NCBI RefSeq assembly: GCF_006345805.1
Contig: NC_042997.1
Coordinates: 60,884,001 to 60,948,000, forward strand
Direction of reading: 5' to 3'
DNA length: 64,000 nucleotides
From: Octopus sinensis
Lineage: Eukaryota
The notes beneath the pieces were generated by a model. That model saw only the letters and a list, made by a program, of their open reading frames with translations, ran no database searches and was not told the DNA's origin. Below are positions 12,067 to 23,468 of this stretch, one piece after another (position 1 is the stretch's first letter; every line of letters begins with the position of its first letter). The position numbers and the translations under genes were made by a program.

Positions 12067-12460
12067 CACATCATAAGCAACTGCCCCAAAACATCCTCAT
12101 GGCATTACCTACCAATGAGGTATGCGTAGCTAGAACATAATATAATGAAATCTGATCAAAGGATAATCCTGAGGAGACACACATAAGAAGTTACAGTGAG
12201 CTGGAGGGCATAATCACACATAATTCCAAAGAATACTGGTGGAATATCCCTGTCAAGATATCAATTAAATGTAAGCACAACAGCCTAGACATAATGGTCT
12301 GGGACAGGAAAAGAAACTATGCACAATAGTTGAAATCAGTTGCCCAGTAGATGTTAACACATTGTTCAGAATAAATGAAAGGGAAAAAAAACCCCAACTC
12401 ATCTTTACTGAGTTGATGAGAAATCTGTAGTTACTCCATCCATATTAGAACTTTAAAGTT
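12067..12460 (+). mobile_element. R4/Dong-like (R2 superfamily) LINE fragment: CCHC plus restriction-like endonuclease
   Basis: Frameshifted translation HIISNCPKTSSWHYLPMR..., EYWWNIPVKISIKCKHNSLDIMVWD..., LCTIVEISCPVDVN resembles the HNxPDIVxWD...IVEISCP RLE motif. Confidence 0.7.
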
Positions 12461-12607
12461 CTACACTTGGTTATGTGACTATCTGCCTTTGAAGAGTTGA
12501 GATTCACAAAATGAGAAAGAATACACTTAATAAGAAAATTACAGTTACGAGCTGTCAAAATGCATAAAACACTCATGAAGTTTAACAGGTAATAAGATCC
12601 ATTTGTA

Positions 12608-12825
12608 AGGCAGCGAGATGGCAGAATCATTAGCATGACAGGCAAAATGCTTAGAGGCAGTTTGTCCATTACTACATTCTGAGTTCAAATTCCACTGAGG
12701 TTGACTTTGCCTTTCATCCCTTTTAGGGTCAATAACTTAAGTACCAGTTGAGCACAGGGGTTGACATAATAAACTTACCCCATCTCCCAAAATTGCTGGC
12801 TTTGTGCTAAATTGAAACCAATAAA
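12608..12825 (+). mobile_element. tRNA-derived SINE (type B, Meta-domain-like)
   Basis: gagttcaaattcc B box followed by gactttgcctttcatcccttttagggtcaataacttaagtaccag. Confidence 0.7.
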
Positions 12826-13324
12826 GATACACATGTGCAATGTCATCCATGTCTACACTCATGTATACATATCTACATATTGATATATATACATACTCAC
12901 ACACACATATAGGCACATATACATACACACACACACATATATATACATGTATATGCATATATGTATACATATATACAAATACATATACATACACATTTAT
13001 ATATGCAAATATATACATATATATACATACACACACATACACATATATATGTATACATTTTATCAATGGCCAGCATATTAAAAAATACCTTTAACGGTTA
13101 AATTTATAAACAATTCATAGCGTGCGTATTGTGAAAAAATTATATGGTTAATGGACAATATGTCCAATTTTTCGGCATATTTGGCATTAGAAAATTTTTC
13201 TTTTGCCCTCATTTATGAATTGTTTATAAATTTAACCGTTAAAGGTATTTTTTAATATGCTGGCCATTGATAAAATTTTTTTTGAGAAAATATATTTTTT
13301 TTCGAAAAGAATTTTATCCTCACA

Positions 13325-13841
13325 TCTATATATATAAAACTGTAGTTGTGTGAGTGTCTGTCTCCTACGATTTAGGTTCCTAACTCCTCTCACATTTTGC
13401 GGTGCAGTTTAACCAAATTCGGGTATCTTATAGTCGTGATTAATATCGAGCCCGTCTGGCTATTAGCGCGCGTCTACGATGAGTCTACGATTTTAAAAAT
13501 AATTTAACATCATTTTTTATTCCATTTTAATGCATAATTTTTCGTGTGTCGATGGCGGCGGAGTTGGCGTCCACGCTCAAACACCTGCACCTGTGTTTGC
13601 TTCTCCCCCTTCTTCCCTCCTTCGTGAAGCTGTGGGGAAGGGAGTTTAAGGAAATCAACGTCGTAATGCGTTGTCAAGGAGACCAGCGTTCTTTTAGAAC
13701 AACTACTTCATGGCTTGAAGACACCAAAACAGAAATGGCTAAGAAAGCCCGAATTGGCATCTATAAAGGAAGTAACTCTCTAAAAATGCTTATATAGTTA
13801 TTTCCCTTACAAACCCGAGCAACGCCGGGCGATACTGCTAG
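13325..13841 (+). mobile_element. Non-autonomous Helitron, copy 1
   Basis: Starts TC (tctatatatataaaac) after an A and ends CTAG before a T. Subterminal GC hairpin cccgagcaacgccggg at 13814-13829. Confidence 0.85.
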
Positions 13842-14039
13842 TTTGATATAAATTTAAGCGTTCACTTCCAAACTAACTAACTCACTCTGTGAGAGCCTCA
13901 GTTCAAATCGCACGTGCCTCGAATGGGCTGGAGTATTTCTATTTTGGATGTATTTGGGATACTTATTTGTGCCCATGACTTAGTATTTGCTTCTTCCATG
14001 GGTATAAGTAAGTATTTCATTTATTTCTTTTACCACATG

Positions 14040-14097
14040 TATCACTGACGAAGAGAGGGCCCTTAGTAGCTAACTCTGAAATTGGTCCGATATGGTA
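14040..14097 (+). ncRNA. Minimal type I hammerhead ribozyme
   Basis: Stem I tatca/tggta, core CTGACGA (14045-51), stem II agag/ctct, GAAA (14078-81), near-palindromic stem III attggtccgat, AUA cleavage site. Confidence 0.85.
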
Positions 14098-14239
14098 ATA
14101 ATGGAATTTTTTAGAAATTTCTGTCGACCTTTTTTCGAGTAGCGTGCGTATTGCGAAAAAATTATATGGTTAATGGACAATATGTCCAATTTTTCGGCAT
14201 ATTTGGCATTAGAAAATTTTTCTTTTGCCCTCATTTATG

Positions 14240-14243
<4 letters not shown>

Positions 14244-14310
<67 letters not shown>
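14244..14310. repeat. (TA)n microsatellite
   Basis: Pure TA run. Confidence 0.95.
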
Positions 14311-14316
<6 letters not shown>

Positions 14317-15749
14317 ATTAAGAGAAATAACCTCTATTAAGTAATTCAATAGTGAAAGACTTTATCTATATCAGATAGAAAAATTATACTATAATAAATA
14401 TTATTCAAAAAATCACTAAATTGAATTAACATTAAATTGACTACGTGCGTTGCGTGACTATATTTTAAATCGATAATAATAAAATTGATACTATTAAAAT
14501 TAATTTGATTTAAAAATATAGCAACTCTTCAGGTCTAAAATAATAATAAAATAAATGTATGTATCTTAACACATAATAAATAGATATAGAAATATACATA
14601 TCTTAACTATAAATAATCAAATAAAATATACCAATATTAATGAAAAATAAAATCATAACTTATCTTATTGAAGAATTCCAGTTAACTGAAATTTTAAACG
14701 TTATACTTAGAACCTAGTGTTGCTAAGAAATTTATCACATAAATTGAAATCTAATGGAATTAAGTATAATTTAAATTGGGAGGTAGTTTGTAAAGCTAAA
14801 TCTTATCGAATAGGTAATAATTTTTGTTTACTATGTACAAATGAATTTATGGAGATATCATAAATCTAATAATAAAAAGTTGGTTAATTACAAGATGAGC
14901 GAATAATTAAATGTAGACATAAGTTAAATTACTTATATAAGTTTAGCTAATTTGTGTATATATTTAAACCCTGATTGATGTTACTAATTTTTGTAGTTAT
15001 AATTTGTAGTAGCATAATGAGTATAAATAAGCAGTAGATTATGTAGTGTATATTACATAAGTGGAATAAGATTAAACCAAGATGTTTATAACATAGATAA
15101 ATTGATGAATATAGATTAAGTTATCGAAATTTAGTTTATTTTATGTATTTTACGTATTTTAGTTTTCAATTATTGAGATTTTTGAATTTTTCCAGTAAAC
15201 GGTATATTACATCTAGTTTATTTCTTATTTTCATAGCTAAAATACATTTTTCTATTTGTTTATTTTATAGTTATTATTTACGTCATGTTTTCATGTGACA
15301 AATTCTTAGGTTGTAAGTACAACGTTTAAAGTTTCAGTTAACAGGAATTCTTCAATAAGATAAGTTATGATTTTATTTTTCATTAATACTGTTATATTTC
15401 ATTTGATTATTTATAGTTAAGATACGTATATTTCTATATTTATTTATTATATATTAAAATACATACATTTATTTTATTATTGTTTTAGACCTGAAGAGTA
15501 GCTATATTTTTAAATTGAATTGATTTTAAATCGAATTAATTTTAATAGTATCAATTTTATTATAATCGATTTAAAGATATAATCATGAAATGTGTATAGT
15601 CAATTTAATATATATTTAATGATTGTTTTAATATATATTTAATGATTGTTTTTGAATAATATATATTATAGTATAATTTTTCTATATGATATAGATAAAG
15701 TCTGTCACTATTGAATTATTTAATAGAGGTTATTTCTCTTAATTATATA
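14311..15749 (+). mobile_element. 5'-truncated PLE with an inverted copy of its 3' terminal repeat
   Basis: Arms 14311-14738 and 15293-15749 are imperfect reverse complements. 14744-14945 translates LKSNGIKYNLNWEVVCKAKSYRIGNNFCLLCTNEFMEI ... KCRHK (PLE GIY-YIG C-terminus type). CTGAAGA at 15491 and GAAA at 15587. Confidence 0.7.
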
Positions 15750-16796
15750 AATATATTATATATTGTGAAATTTGATTTGGAGTTGCTAAATTGAATTTTT
15801 CCCTGTAAGTTTGGAATTATATTCCCCACTATTATTATATACATACATATATATACACACATATATACATACACACACATATATACATACATATATATGC
15901 ATACATACACACATATATATATACACATATATACATACATAGATAGATACACATGTATGTACATATATATATATACATACACACGCACATTTACACACAT
16001 GCACATACACATATTTATATATTTTATTCTGGAGAAGGGTTGGCTCTTCTAGGCTTAAAAATGCCTCAGTCACAGTGTCTGCTATGGTGACACCTCTATA
16101 ACTCTATCAGGAGTTGAGGGCCCAAGCAATGTCAGGCATGATCTATCTCCTATATTGTTTATTCATCTAAATATCATTAGAATAATTTTAATAATGCAAA
16201 CTAAGCTAGAATACTGGCTTAGGATGAGATTTACGCAATATTATCACAATTCATGGATGTGTATATTTAATTTATGCATATATAGCTTTGTCTACAAACT
16301 GACACTTATTTAATTTTTAAAACAAAGTTTCTTGAGTATTACTATTCTGTAGTAAACAAATGTTACTGGTAAGTTCATACAGGCTGTATTAATACATGCA
16401 ACCAATTGTTTCACTAACAAGAAATACTACACTTATAGATTCAAGAAGAGTATAATTTGAAAAAATTAATCTTCAATATTAATGAATACTTGTTTCAGCT
16501 AATATTGTTTTTATCTTCCATTTACAATAAAATAGAAAAAATCCTAGTTATAACAGGTTAATAAAATACAGTATAGCAATAAGTAATCAGGAAATTTATT
16601 TTGTTTGCTAAAGAGTTGAGTAGATCATTGGGACAAAGATATGAAAGTAGACATTAGAGATTATTTAATGATCTAGTAAGCCTTCACAAGAAACTTGTTA
16701 GAAATGAATTCAAGAAAGAACCATAGTCCCAGAATAATGCCAAAACTTTTGAAATAAAAATGTGTTAGATATATCAACTATTCATGCTTATTATAC

Positions 16797-16871
16797 CTGG
16801 GCCCTATGGTTAGGCTGTCTATGTCAGAGGAATTAGATGACCAACCAACATCAGACTCAGTACTGCATTGG
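16797..16871 (-). CDS. slo2: Probable Slo2/KCNT exon, S1-S2 extracellular linker
   Basis: Acceptor cttttttttatttgtttag and donor gtataa. 75 nt, phase 2 to 2, in frame with the preceding exon, open: (G)QCSTESDVGWSSNSSDIDSLTIGP. Phase and an early Cys match the vertebrate linker exon; sequence similarity is weak. Confidence 0.5.
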
Positions 16872-18589
16872 CTAAACAAATAAAAAAAAGTATAATATAA
16901 TTTAGAATATTCTTATATATTTGGTGCTTTTTTTTGCATGAATGTGAAAAATGTAATATTTGATGTTATCCGTCTACATTTGATTTTTGGCAGAAAATGA
17001 GATGATAAAAATATATTTCAGGAATAGTATTATTAAATTTTTCATAAAACATTTTTTGAAAAGCTGAAAATAATTTTAAAAACAATTTAAACAATTCAAA
17101 CACACACATATATATATATATCTTGTATATTTCATTGTATCCCTGTTAATAAACAAATAATATATATTCTATATTGAAATTACAAACAATAATTTCAGAA
17201 AGTAAATAAATCATAATGAATAAGTAAAAGATCACTAAATTAATATTGAGTAATATAAAAATTAATAATATTACTAAATTGATATAATTAATATAAAAAT
17301 TAACAGCTAGAAAAATATCTATTTTTGGTAAGTTGTTGGCAGTCTGTTGACAAATAACTATTAGTAAGACAAAAGGATGAGAAGATCTGGGTAAAAAATT
17401 GAATTGTAGTTCTCTAATAACTTTTAAGTGCGTTTATATCAAATAGTAATAAAACGGATACTAAACATTAATAATATGAATTTTAGTCAAGAAATCTAGA
17501 CTAAATCACATTGCTAAAAGGAAGAAAAATAAAATGAATGACTTCTTTAATATAATATAATCAGTTTGACTTATAATCAAAATATGATAATGAAAAGTTT
17601 AGTAAGAGATAAACTTTTCAACAAAATAGACCAAAATATTGAAGTTGAAAATATATAACACATGTCTTACAAACTTGATATCATTTGTAACTTTTTAATG
17701 TATCTTGTGGCTTTTACTTATCATGTTTTTCCACTATATTTGGCAATTAATTGAACTTGAGTGACTAATAATGTGCCTCAAGCACCGATTCCTACACTAT
17801 CTTTATAAGGTACAAGTGCAATGAAGTAGAAATGTGCCCTTTCACTCTCAGTTTATGACACTATTTGAGGACATTTGAGGAAAAGTGTTTCCTGTTCCTG
17901 ATCAGAAATTGTATATATATATATCTGGTTTTGGGATGTAATAGTTAATATGAAAACAAAATTCACAGAAATTAAAAGAAGTTAAAAATTTCTAATATTG
18001 GAATAGAATTTTGGCATTGTTTTCACTAAAGAAATTTCTAAGTTAAGCAACATATACCCTCGATTTTATTTATAAATAAAAAAAATATACCAGGGTCAAA
18101 GAGACAATTTTAATCTGACAATCTATCAAACAGAAAACATACAGGAAATTAGTTGAATCTGTTTTCCTCTGCATTTAAATATGAATAAAGACTGACACAT
18201 AAACCAAATATTTGGAAGAAAATTTGAAGCTTGGTTAAGTTAACAGAATTTTAAGCAAAATTTTCAAGTTTACAAAAAAAGTTGATATAAACTTTCATGA
18301 CAATCAACTTGAGTTCAAGCAGCAATAAAACACAAGATTCTTCTGAGTTCTTCATCATCAAAAGAATTAAGATCTCAGTCTTATACTCCAAAGCCCATTG
18401 GCATAATTTATATGAATAAACATAAATTGAATATCACATTGTATAGCAAACCATTTTTGTACTGATTTGTCATCATGTTTGTACTAAAGAATCCTCTTTA
18501 CAATATACTCTTTGTATTTAGAAAATTTATAATACAGAAGTAAATTTGACTTTAATTCAAAATTATAATTCATACTATTTATTCTTTAA

Positions 18590-18809
18590 CCCTTTAGCTT
18601 TCAAGTTACTCTGTCAAATGTAATGCCTATTTATTCACATTATTTTGAAGTAGTCACTCATTAACTCATAGCTCTGAGATTTCAATGATGTGGTTGTTTA
18701 TTTTTAGAATGTCATTGTAAGGTAGATGTGAGAGGCCCAATCTGGCCATTCTGAATGGAAAAGAGGTTTAACATTTGGGCTTGATATGGCTGGTCTGAAT
18801 GCTAAAGAG
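18590..18809. mobile_element. piggyBac-like MITE
   Basis: TTAA at 18586-89 and 18810-13. TIRs ccctttagctttca / tgaatgctaaagag match at 12 of 14 positions. Confidence 0.7.
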
Positions 18810-20664
18810 TTAAAAGAATATATATATGCCAACTAAGTTTGATTTGAAGTTTGTCTTTGTGGAATGTAAAAAAGTCGTAAAGAGATTGAATCAACCAGAT
18901 AAGAATTTTTACATGAACAAGACTATTTTCTGTAGGAATATTAAGAATATTATAGGCCATGTTAATTTGTAGGGTTAATACCAAAAAGAATGAAGGCTGT
19001 TCTCTTTTGCAGATATTTTATGTATTAAATTATGCTTAGAATGTTTTCATCGCCTTTCATAGTTTTATATAATTAATACTTATGTAATAGGTTTGTTCTC
19101 TATGAAATTGATATAATATATATAGACACAATATTACTTAATACAATTAAAAAGATGGTTAACATGATAACAATATTCAAAAGTAGGAATCAGCTGAAAT
19201 GAAATACCACTTCCATTTCATAGTGGTTAAGGGTAGAAATGACATTTAACTATTTAACTATCAGAAAAAATACCTGTAAAAATATTGTAACATAAAAATC
19301 TAAATTTTCAGTACTTTCCTACAAAGGCAAACATGGAAAAATAGATATAAAACAGTGAGAGAAAAAAAAAAAAAAAAAAAAAAACAACCTAAAATCCAAC
19401 AAAAATATTATATAAAGCTATGTGAGGTTGAGTTTGTGATATTTATAGCCAATTTTAGAACTAGATATTCACTTTAGCAGTAATGGCAGGATATTTTATG
19501 GTTCATTAAATGGAGGAAAAGCCCTTTTAAAGTAGTCAGTCACATATACGATCCAATGATTTATAATTCTCATCATAGAGTTTCAAAATCACTTGGGGAA
19601 ATAGAAACATTTCATACACTATTAATCATGATGAGAAACAAATAAATAGGTAAATGACCTAGGAATACCATCATTGGAAACATTTGCACTTGTGATGTTA
19701 ATTCTTCAAAAGGATTTTTTATTCAAATTACAAGTTGGAATTGGATCTGGAATAATCTGGAGCTGGAGATGTTAGTATACTTTTAAGGGAAAAGAGAACA
19801 CTGTGTAACTAATGTAGTTAGAATGAATGATAAAATAATATGTTTGAAACAACTGTGACCATGATGGCCATTGTACTCACTGCATATGTCCAATGCTCAG
19901 TAAAACACTAATTATATTGAAAGGGACCAGTTCTATGAAACCATTATGAAACTAGTGCAGATATAGATTTCAGAAATTTCGTAAATGTGGTGGGGATTTT
20001 AATATCCCTCTAAGTGTTTGTGGATAACTGAGATTATAGTTGAAAAACAATTCCTTAATATTTTTTAACTTCTATGAAGTAGATTCATTCATAACCCTGG
20101 GAAACTAGCCTGATCAATTTGCGAGTCAAAATTATTTCATCCAGACTGAAAAAGAAACTCTGAATTAAATGTTCAACCCTGGTGATGAATCTAACCACAA
20201 AACTGAGTTTTGAGATTAGGATGAAAGCAGCAAAAAGAAAACCTTCATAGAAATGAGAGAGGATATGTTTAAAGATGCCTCAGGAAGGGGCATCTTCCTC
20301 ACAACATTAGTAAATACTAAGAAGTGGATAGAAAAACTTCTTTAGAGTTTAGAATAGATGAGAATTCCCAAATGGCTGTTGTAAGACTTCAGCTAATAAT
20401 GAGTTAAATCTAATATGTTGTCATTAATTTTCAATACTGATTCAGCAGATTATGCTCAAAAGTATTCCGACCATGACCATTCCAACTTTTTACACATAGC
20501 TATGATTACATTACATAACATACTTCTCTTTTTATCATGGCAGGTGCAATTTGGGGAAAATAAGGCTGCTACTTCTAGAAGGTCAAGGAGTTCATAGATA
20601 AGTTTTTCAATAAAGACAGTTGGTTAAGTAAGATTAATTAGGTTTAGGGGCCAAATATCTATCA

Positions 20665-20795
20665 TGGCTGTGTGAATAAGAAGCCATATGGTTCCCAGCT
20701 AATCCTAATGCCTTAGGTAAGTGCTTCTACTGTAATCTTGGGTTGATCAATACAACGTGAATATTTGGTAGAAATTGCGTGGAAGCCTGCTTTAT
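20665..20795 (+). mobile_element. Degenerate type A SINE
   Basis: tggctgtgtg...ccttaggtaagtgcttctactgta...tttggtagaaattgcgtggaagcctg. Confidence 0.5.
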
Positions 20796-20986
20796 ACATA
20801 TACATGTAATTTTTTCATTTTTTTAATGCTGGCCTGGGTTGGATGAAACTTCTTGAGACAGTATTCCACAACTGGACACTCATTCTTGATACCAAATCTT
20901 ATACATATACATATATATTTAAGAGATGATGAATTATGTACATTATTTACATTTGACAGATATTTGTCCTCATCTTGTTTGTTGTT

Positions 20987-21032
20987 AACACAACGTTTCC
21001 GCTGATATACCCTCCAGCCTTCATCAGGTGTC
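20987..21032 (-). ncRNA. Minimal type I hammerhead ribozyme (left arm)
   Basis: Minus strand: gacac CTGATGA aggctggagggtatatcagcg GAAA cgt t gtgtt. Stem I 5 bp, stem III ACGT palindrome, GUU site, mismatch at the first stem II pair. Confidence 0.75.
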
Positions 21033-21079
21033 TTGGGGAAATTTCGAACCTGGGTTCTTGTTCCTAAGGTATTTTTCGA

Positions 21080-21122
<43 letters not shown>

Positions 21123-21127
21123 GTTCA

Positions 21128-21193
21128 GGTCACTGCTTGGAATCAAACTTGGAATCTTGGGGTTAGTAGCCTGTGCTCTTAACCACTACGCCA
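21128..21193 (-). promoter_or_regulatory. tRNA-derived Pol III promoter module (box A/box B) in the PLE 3' region; mirror copy at about 22012-22080 (+)
   Basis: Box A TGGCGTAGTGG (21193-21183) and box B GTTTGATTCC (21148-21139) at tRNA-like spacing. Confidence 0.65.
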
Positions 21194-22160
21194 TATGCAT
21201 GTGGGTAATTATGGAGTGAATTTTAGGGCTTATAAATCTAATATTTCCCTATCCTTCCTTGATAGCAGTTCCCATATGCTGCTCATATCTGCTTAAGAGA
21301 TTGTTGTATCCTAGCATATGTGCTGCTTCTTTTAGTTTTTGTATTTTCTGGTAGTGTTCTCTGTCTATTATTTTAACTTCATCCCACAAGGGGAGATGGT
21401 CTCCATTTTCCCATACATGATCAGCTATAGCTAATTTATCAATATCTCCTTATGTCACAACTTTGCAATGTTCATCTACCCTTATTTTGAGTGTGGGGCA
21501 TGTTTTGCCTTTGTGTAACCTACCACAGCTGCATAGGATGGAGTACACGCAGTCTTTGGTCATATTCTCTTCTATTGGTAGTTTTACTCAAATACTTCAC
21601 AAGTATCTACTTTGAGCAAAATAGAAGAGAATGTGACCAAAAACTGCATATACTCCATCCTATGCAGCTGTGGTAGGTTATACAAAGGTGAAAATGCTCC
21701 CCCACTCAAAATAAGGGTAGACGAACATCACAAAGCTGTAACATGAGGAGATATTGATAAATCGGCTATAACTGATCATGTATGGAAAAATGGAGACCCC
21801 CTCTCCCTGTGGGATGATGTCAAAATAATAGACAGAGAACACCTCTGGAAAATATGGAAACTAAAAGAAGCAGCACATATGCTAGGACACAACAACCTCC
21901 TAAGCAGACCGAATGCTGATATGAGTAGCATATAGGAACCAGTATTAAGGAAGGATAGGAAAATATTAGATTTATTAGCCCTAAAATTCACTCCATAATT
22001 GCCCATGGGCATATGACATAATGGTTAAAAGTGTGGGCTACTAACAACAAGATTCCGAGTTTGATTCCAAGCAGTGACCTGAATGATAACAATAATAATA
22101 ATAATAATAACATCGAAAAATACCTTAGGAATGAGAACCTAGGTTTGAAATCTCCCCAAG

Positions 22161-22202
22161 TAACCTGATGAAGGCTGGAGAGAATATCAGCTGAAACATG
22201 TT
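22161..22202 (+). ncRNA. Hammerhead ribozyme remnant (right arm)
   Basis: CTGATGA (22165-71), stem II aggctgg/tcagct, GAAA (22193-96). Stem I/III is damaged by a small deletion relative to the left arm. Confidence 0.6.
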
Positions 22203-22417
22203 AACAACAAACAAATTGAGGACAAGTATCCGTCAAATGTAAATAATGTACCAAATCTTATGTATCTGAGAAAGAGTTGGCATCAAAAATTACACATTTT
22301 TGTATATCAAAGTTCAATCTATTGGTAAATTTTTACTTTGCAGGATAAAAACAGTATCAGAGCCACCCAAGCAGTACAAATGTGAAGATATATCCACACA
22401 CACATGTGCACATACAT

Positions 22418-22460
<43 letters not shown>

Positions 22461-23039
22461 CTCATTTGTGATGGGGTTCTGTATGTCTTTTCTTTTTGTC
22501 TTCCAAATTTCATCTACAAAGTATTGGTCAACCCAAAGTTACTTCACTGTTGGAATCAAAATTTTAGTATAACCAAATGAATAAATACAAATTACAACTG
22601 TTTTATTATGTAAGTATCTTGCCTTGCTTTTTAAGAAGGAAAATGGAATTTGTGGCTACCATGCATTAAGCAACTGCATTAACAACATAAATGAAGACCT
22701 TCTGGCTAGGATTGAAACTAAGTCTAAGATTCATTTTGCTAGGAATTTACTACTGCAATGTACTGCAAATTGCACGTGTATGAAAGTGTGTGTGTGTATA
22801 ATGATATTCTAATTCAACTTAATATAATGCAATTTACAATGATACAGCAATCTGGAATTCTAAAAATGAATTCACCTATTTAGAAGTGTTTTTTTAAAGT
22901 AATATTAGGCAATACAAAGTTAAATTCTGCCCTGGCAATTATTAAGCAGAGATTAAACTATCTTACTTAAATTAAATAATAATTTTAGAAAACAAAAAAC
23001 AATATATACTATTCTTTGCTTATAAAATTATATGAAAAT

Positions 23040-23080
23040 TCCCCAATCAGATATATATATATATATATCATATATATCAT

Positions 23081-23122
<42 letters not shown>

Positions 23123-23168
23123 ATATATCATATATATATATAATATATATATATATATCATATATATC

Positions 23169-23219
<51 letters not shown>

Positions 23220-23230
23220 ATATATATCAA
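23040..23230. repeat. Interrupted (TA)n microsatellite
   Basis: TA runs with tca/tga interruptions. Confidence 0.9.
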
Positions 23231-23374
23231 TCATATAATTTACATGGAGAATGCGTATATCAAGAGAAAATGATTAAACTTTGTATGCCTATTACATACA
23301 AATTACTATAATTAAGAGTTAGATTTTCCATAAGAATGAAGTTAAATTCAAAGATAATATTTCAGCATACTTAC

Positions 23375-23468
23375 CCGTAAGAAGACTGTCCATTTGTAAT
23401 TACTCGCACTACATATAAGACGCATGTTAATACTTTGATAACTAAATTGAAAATTCTAATCCGTAAAC
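23375..23468 (-). CDS. slo2: Slo2/KCNT exon encoding transmembrane segment S1
   Basis: Acceptor tattttctttttcttttag, donor gtaagtatg, 94 nt, phase 1 to 2. Encodes (S)LRIRIFNLVIKVLTCVLYVVRVITNGQSSY(G), compared with KCNT1 [23 protein letters not shown]. Confidence 0.95.

Larger units (their letters stand above)
13057..14243 (+). mobile_element. Non-coding hammerhead-bearing PLE terminal repeat / retrozyme-like unit (~505 nt, 1.2 tandem copies), interrupted by a Helitron
   Basis: 13119-13220 is repeated at 14141-14243. Perfect 63-bp inverted repeat 13057-13119 / 13214-13276. Hammerhead at 14040-14097. Confidence 0.7.
20938..22251. mobile_element. Palindromic pair of 5'-truncated PLE copies (Penelope/Poseidon-like GIY-YIG plus terminal repeat)
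   Basis: The whole span is an imperfect inverted repeat centred near 21595. The right arm, 21618-21965, translates CIYSILCSCGRLYKGE..LKIRVDEH..KSAITDHVW..WDDVKIIDRE..KLKEAAH. Both arms carry a tRNA-like segment, an (AAT)n tract and a hammerhead. Confidence 0.88.

Noticed and set aside
19275-19319. 45-nt minus-strand segment with good splice sites (ESTENLDFYVTIFLQ)
   Set aside because: Open only in phase 0, which is incompatible with the flanking phase-2 junctions; no homology recognised.
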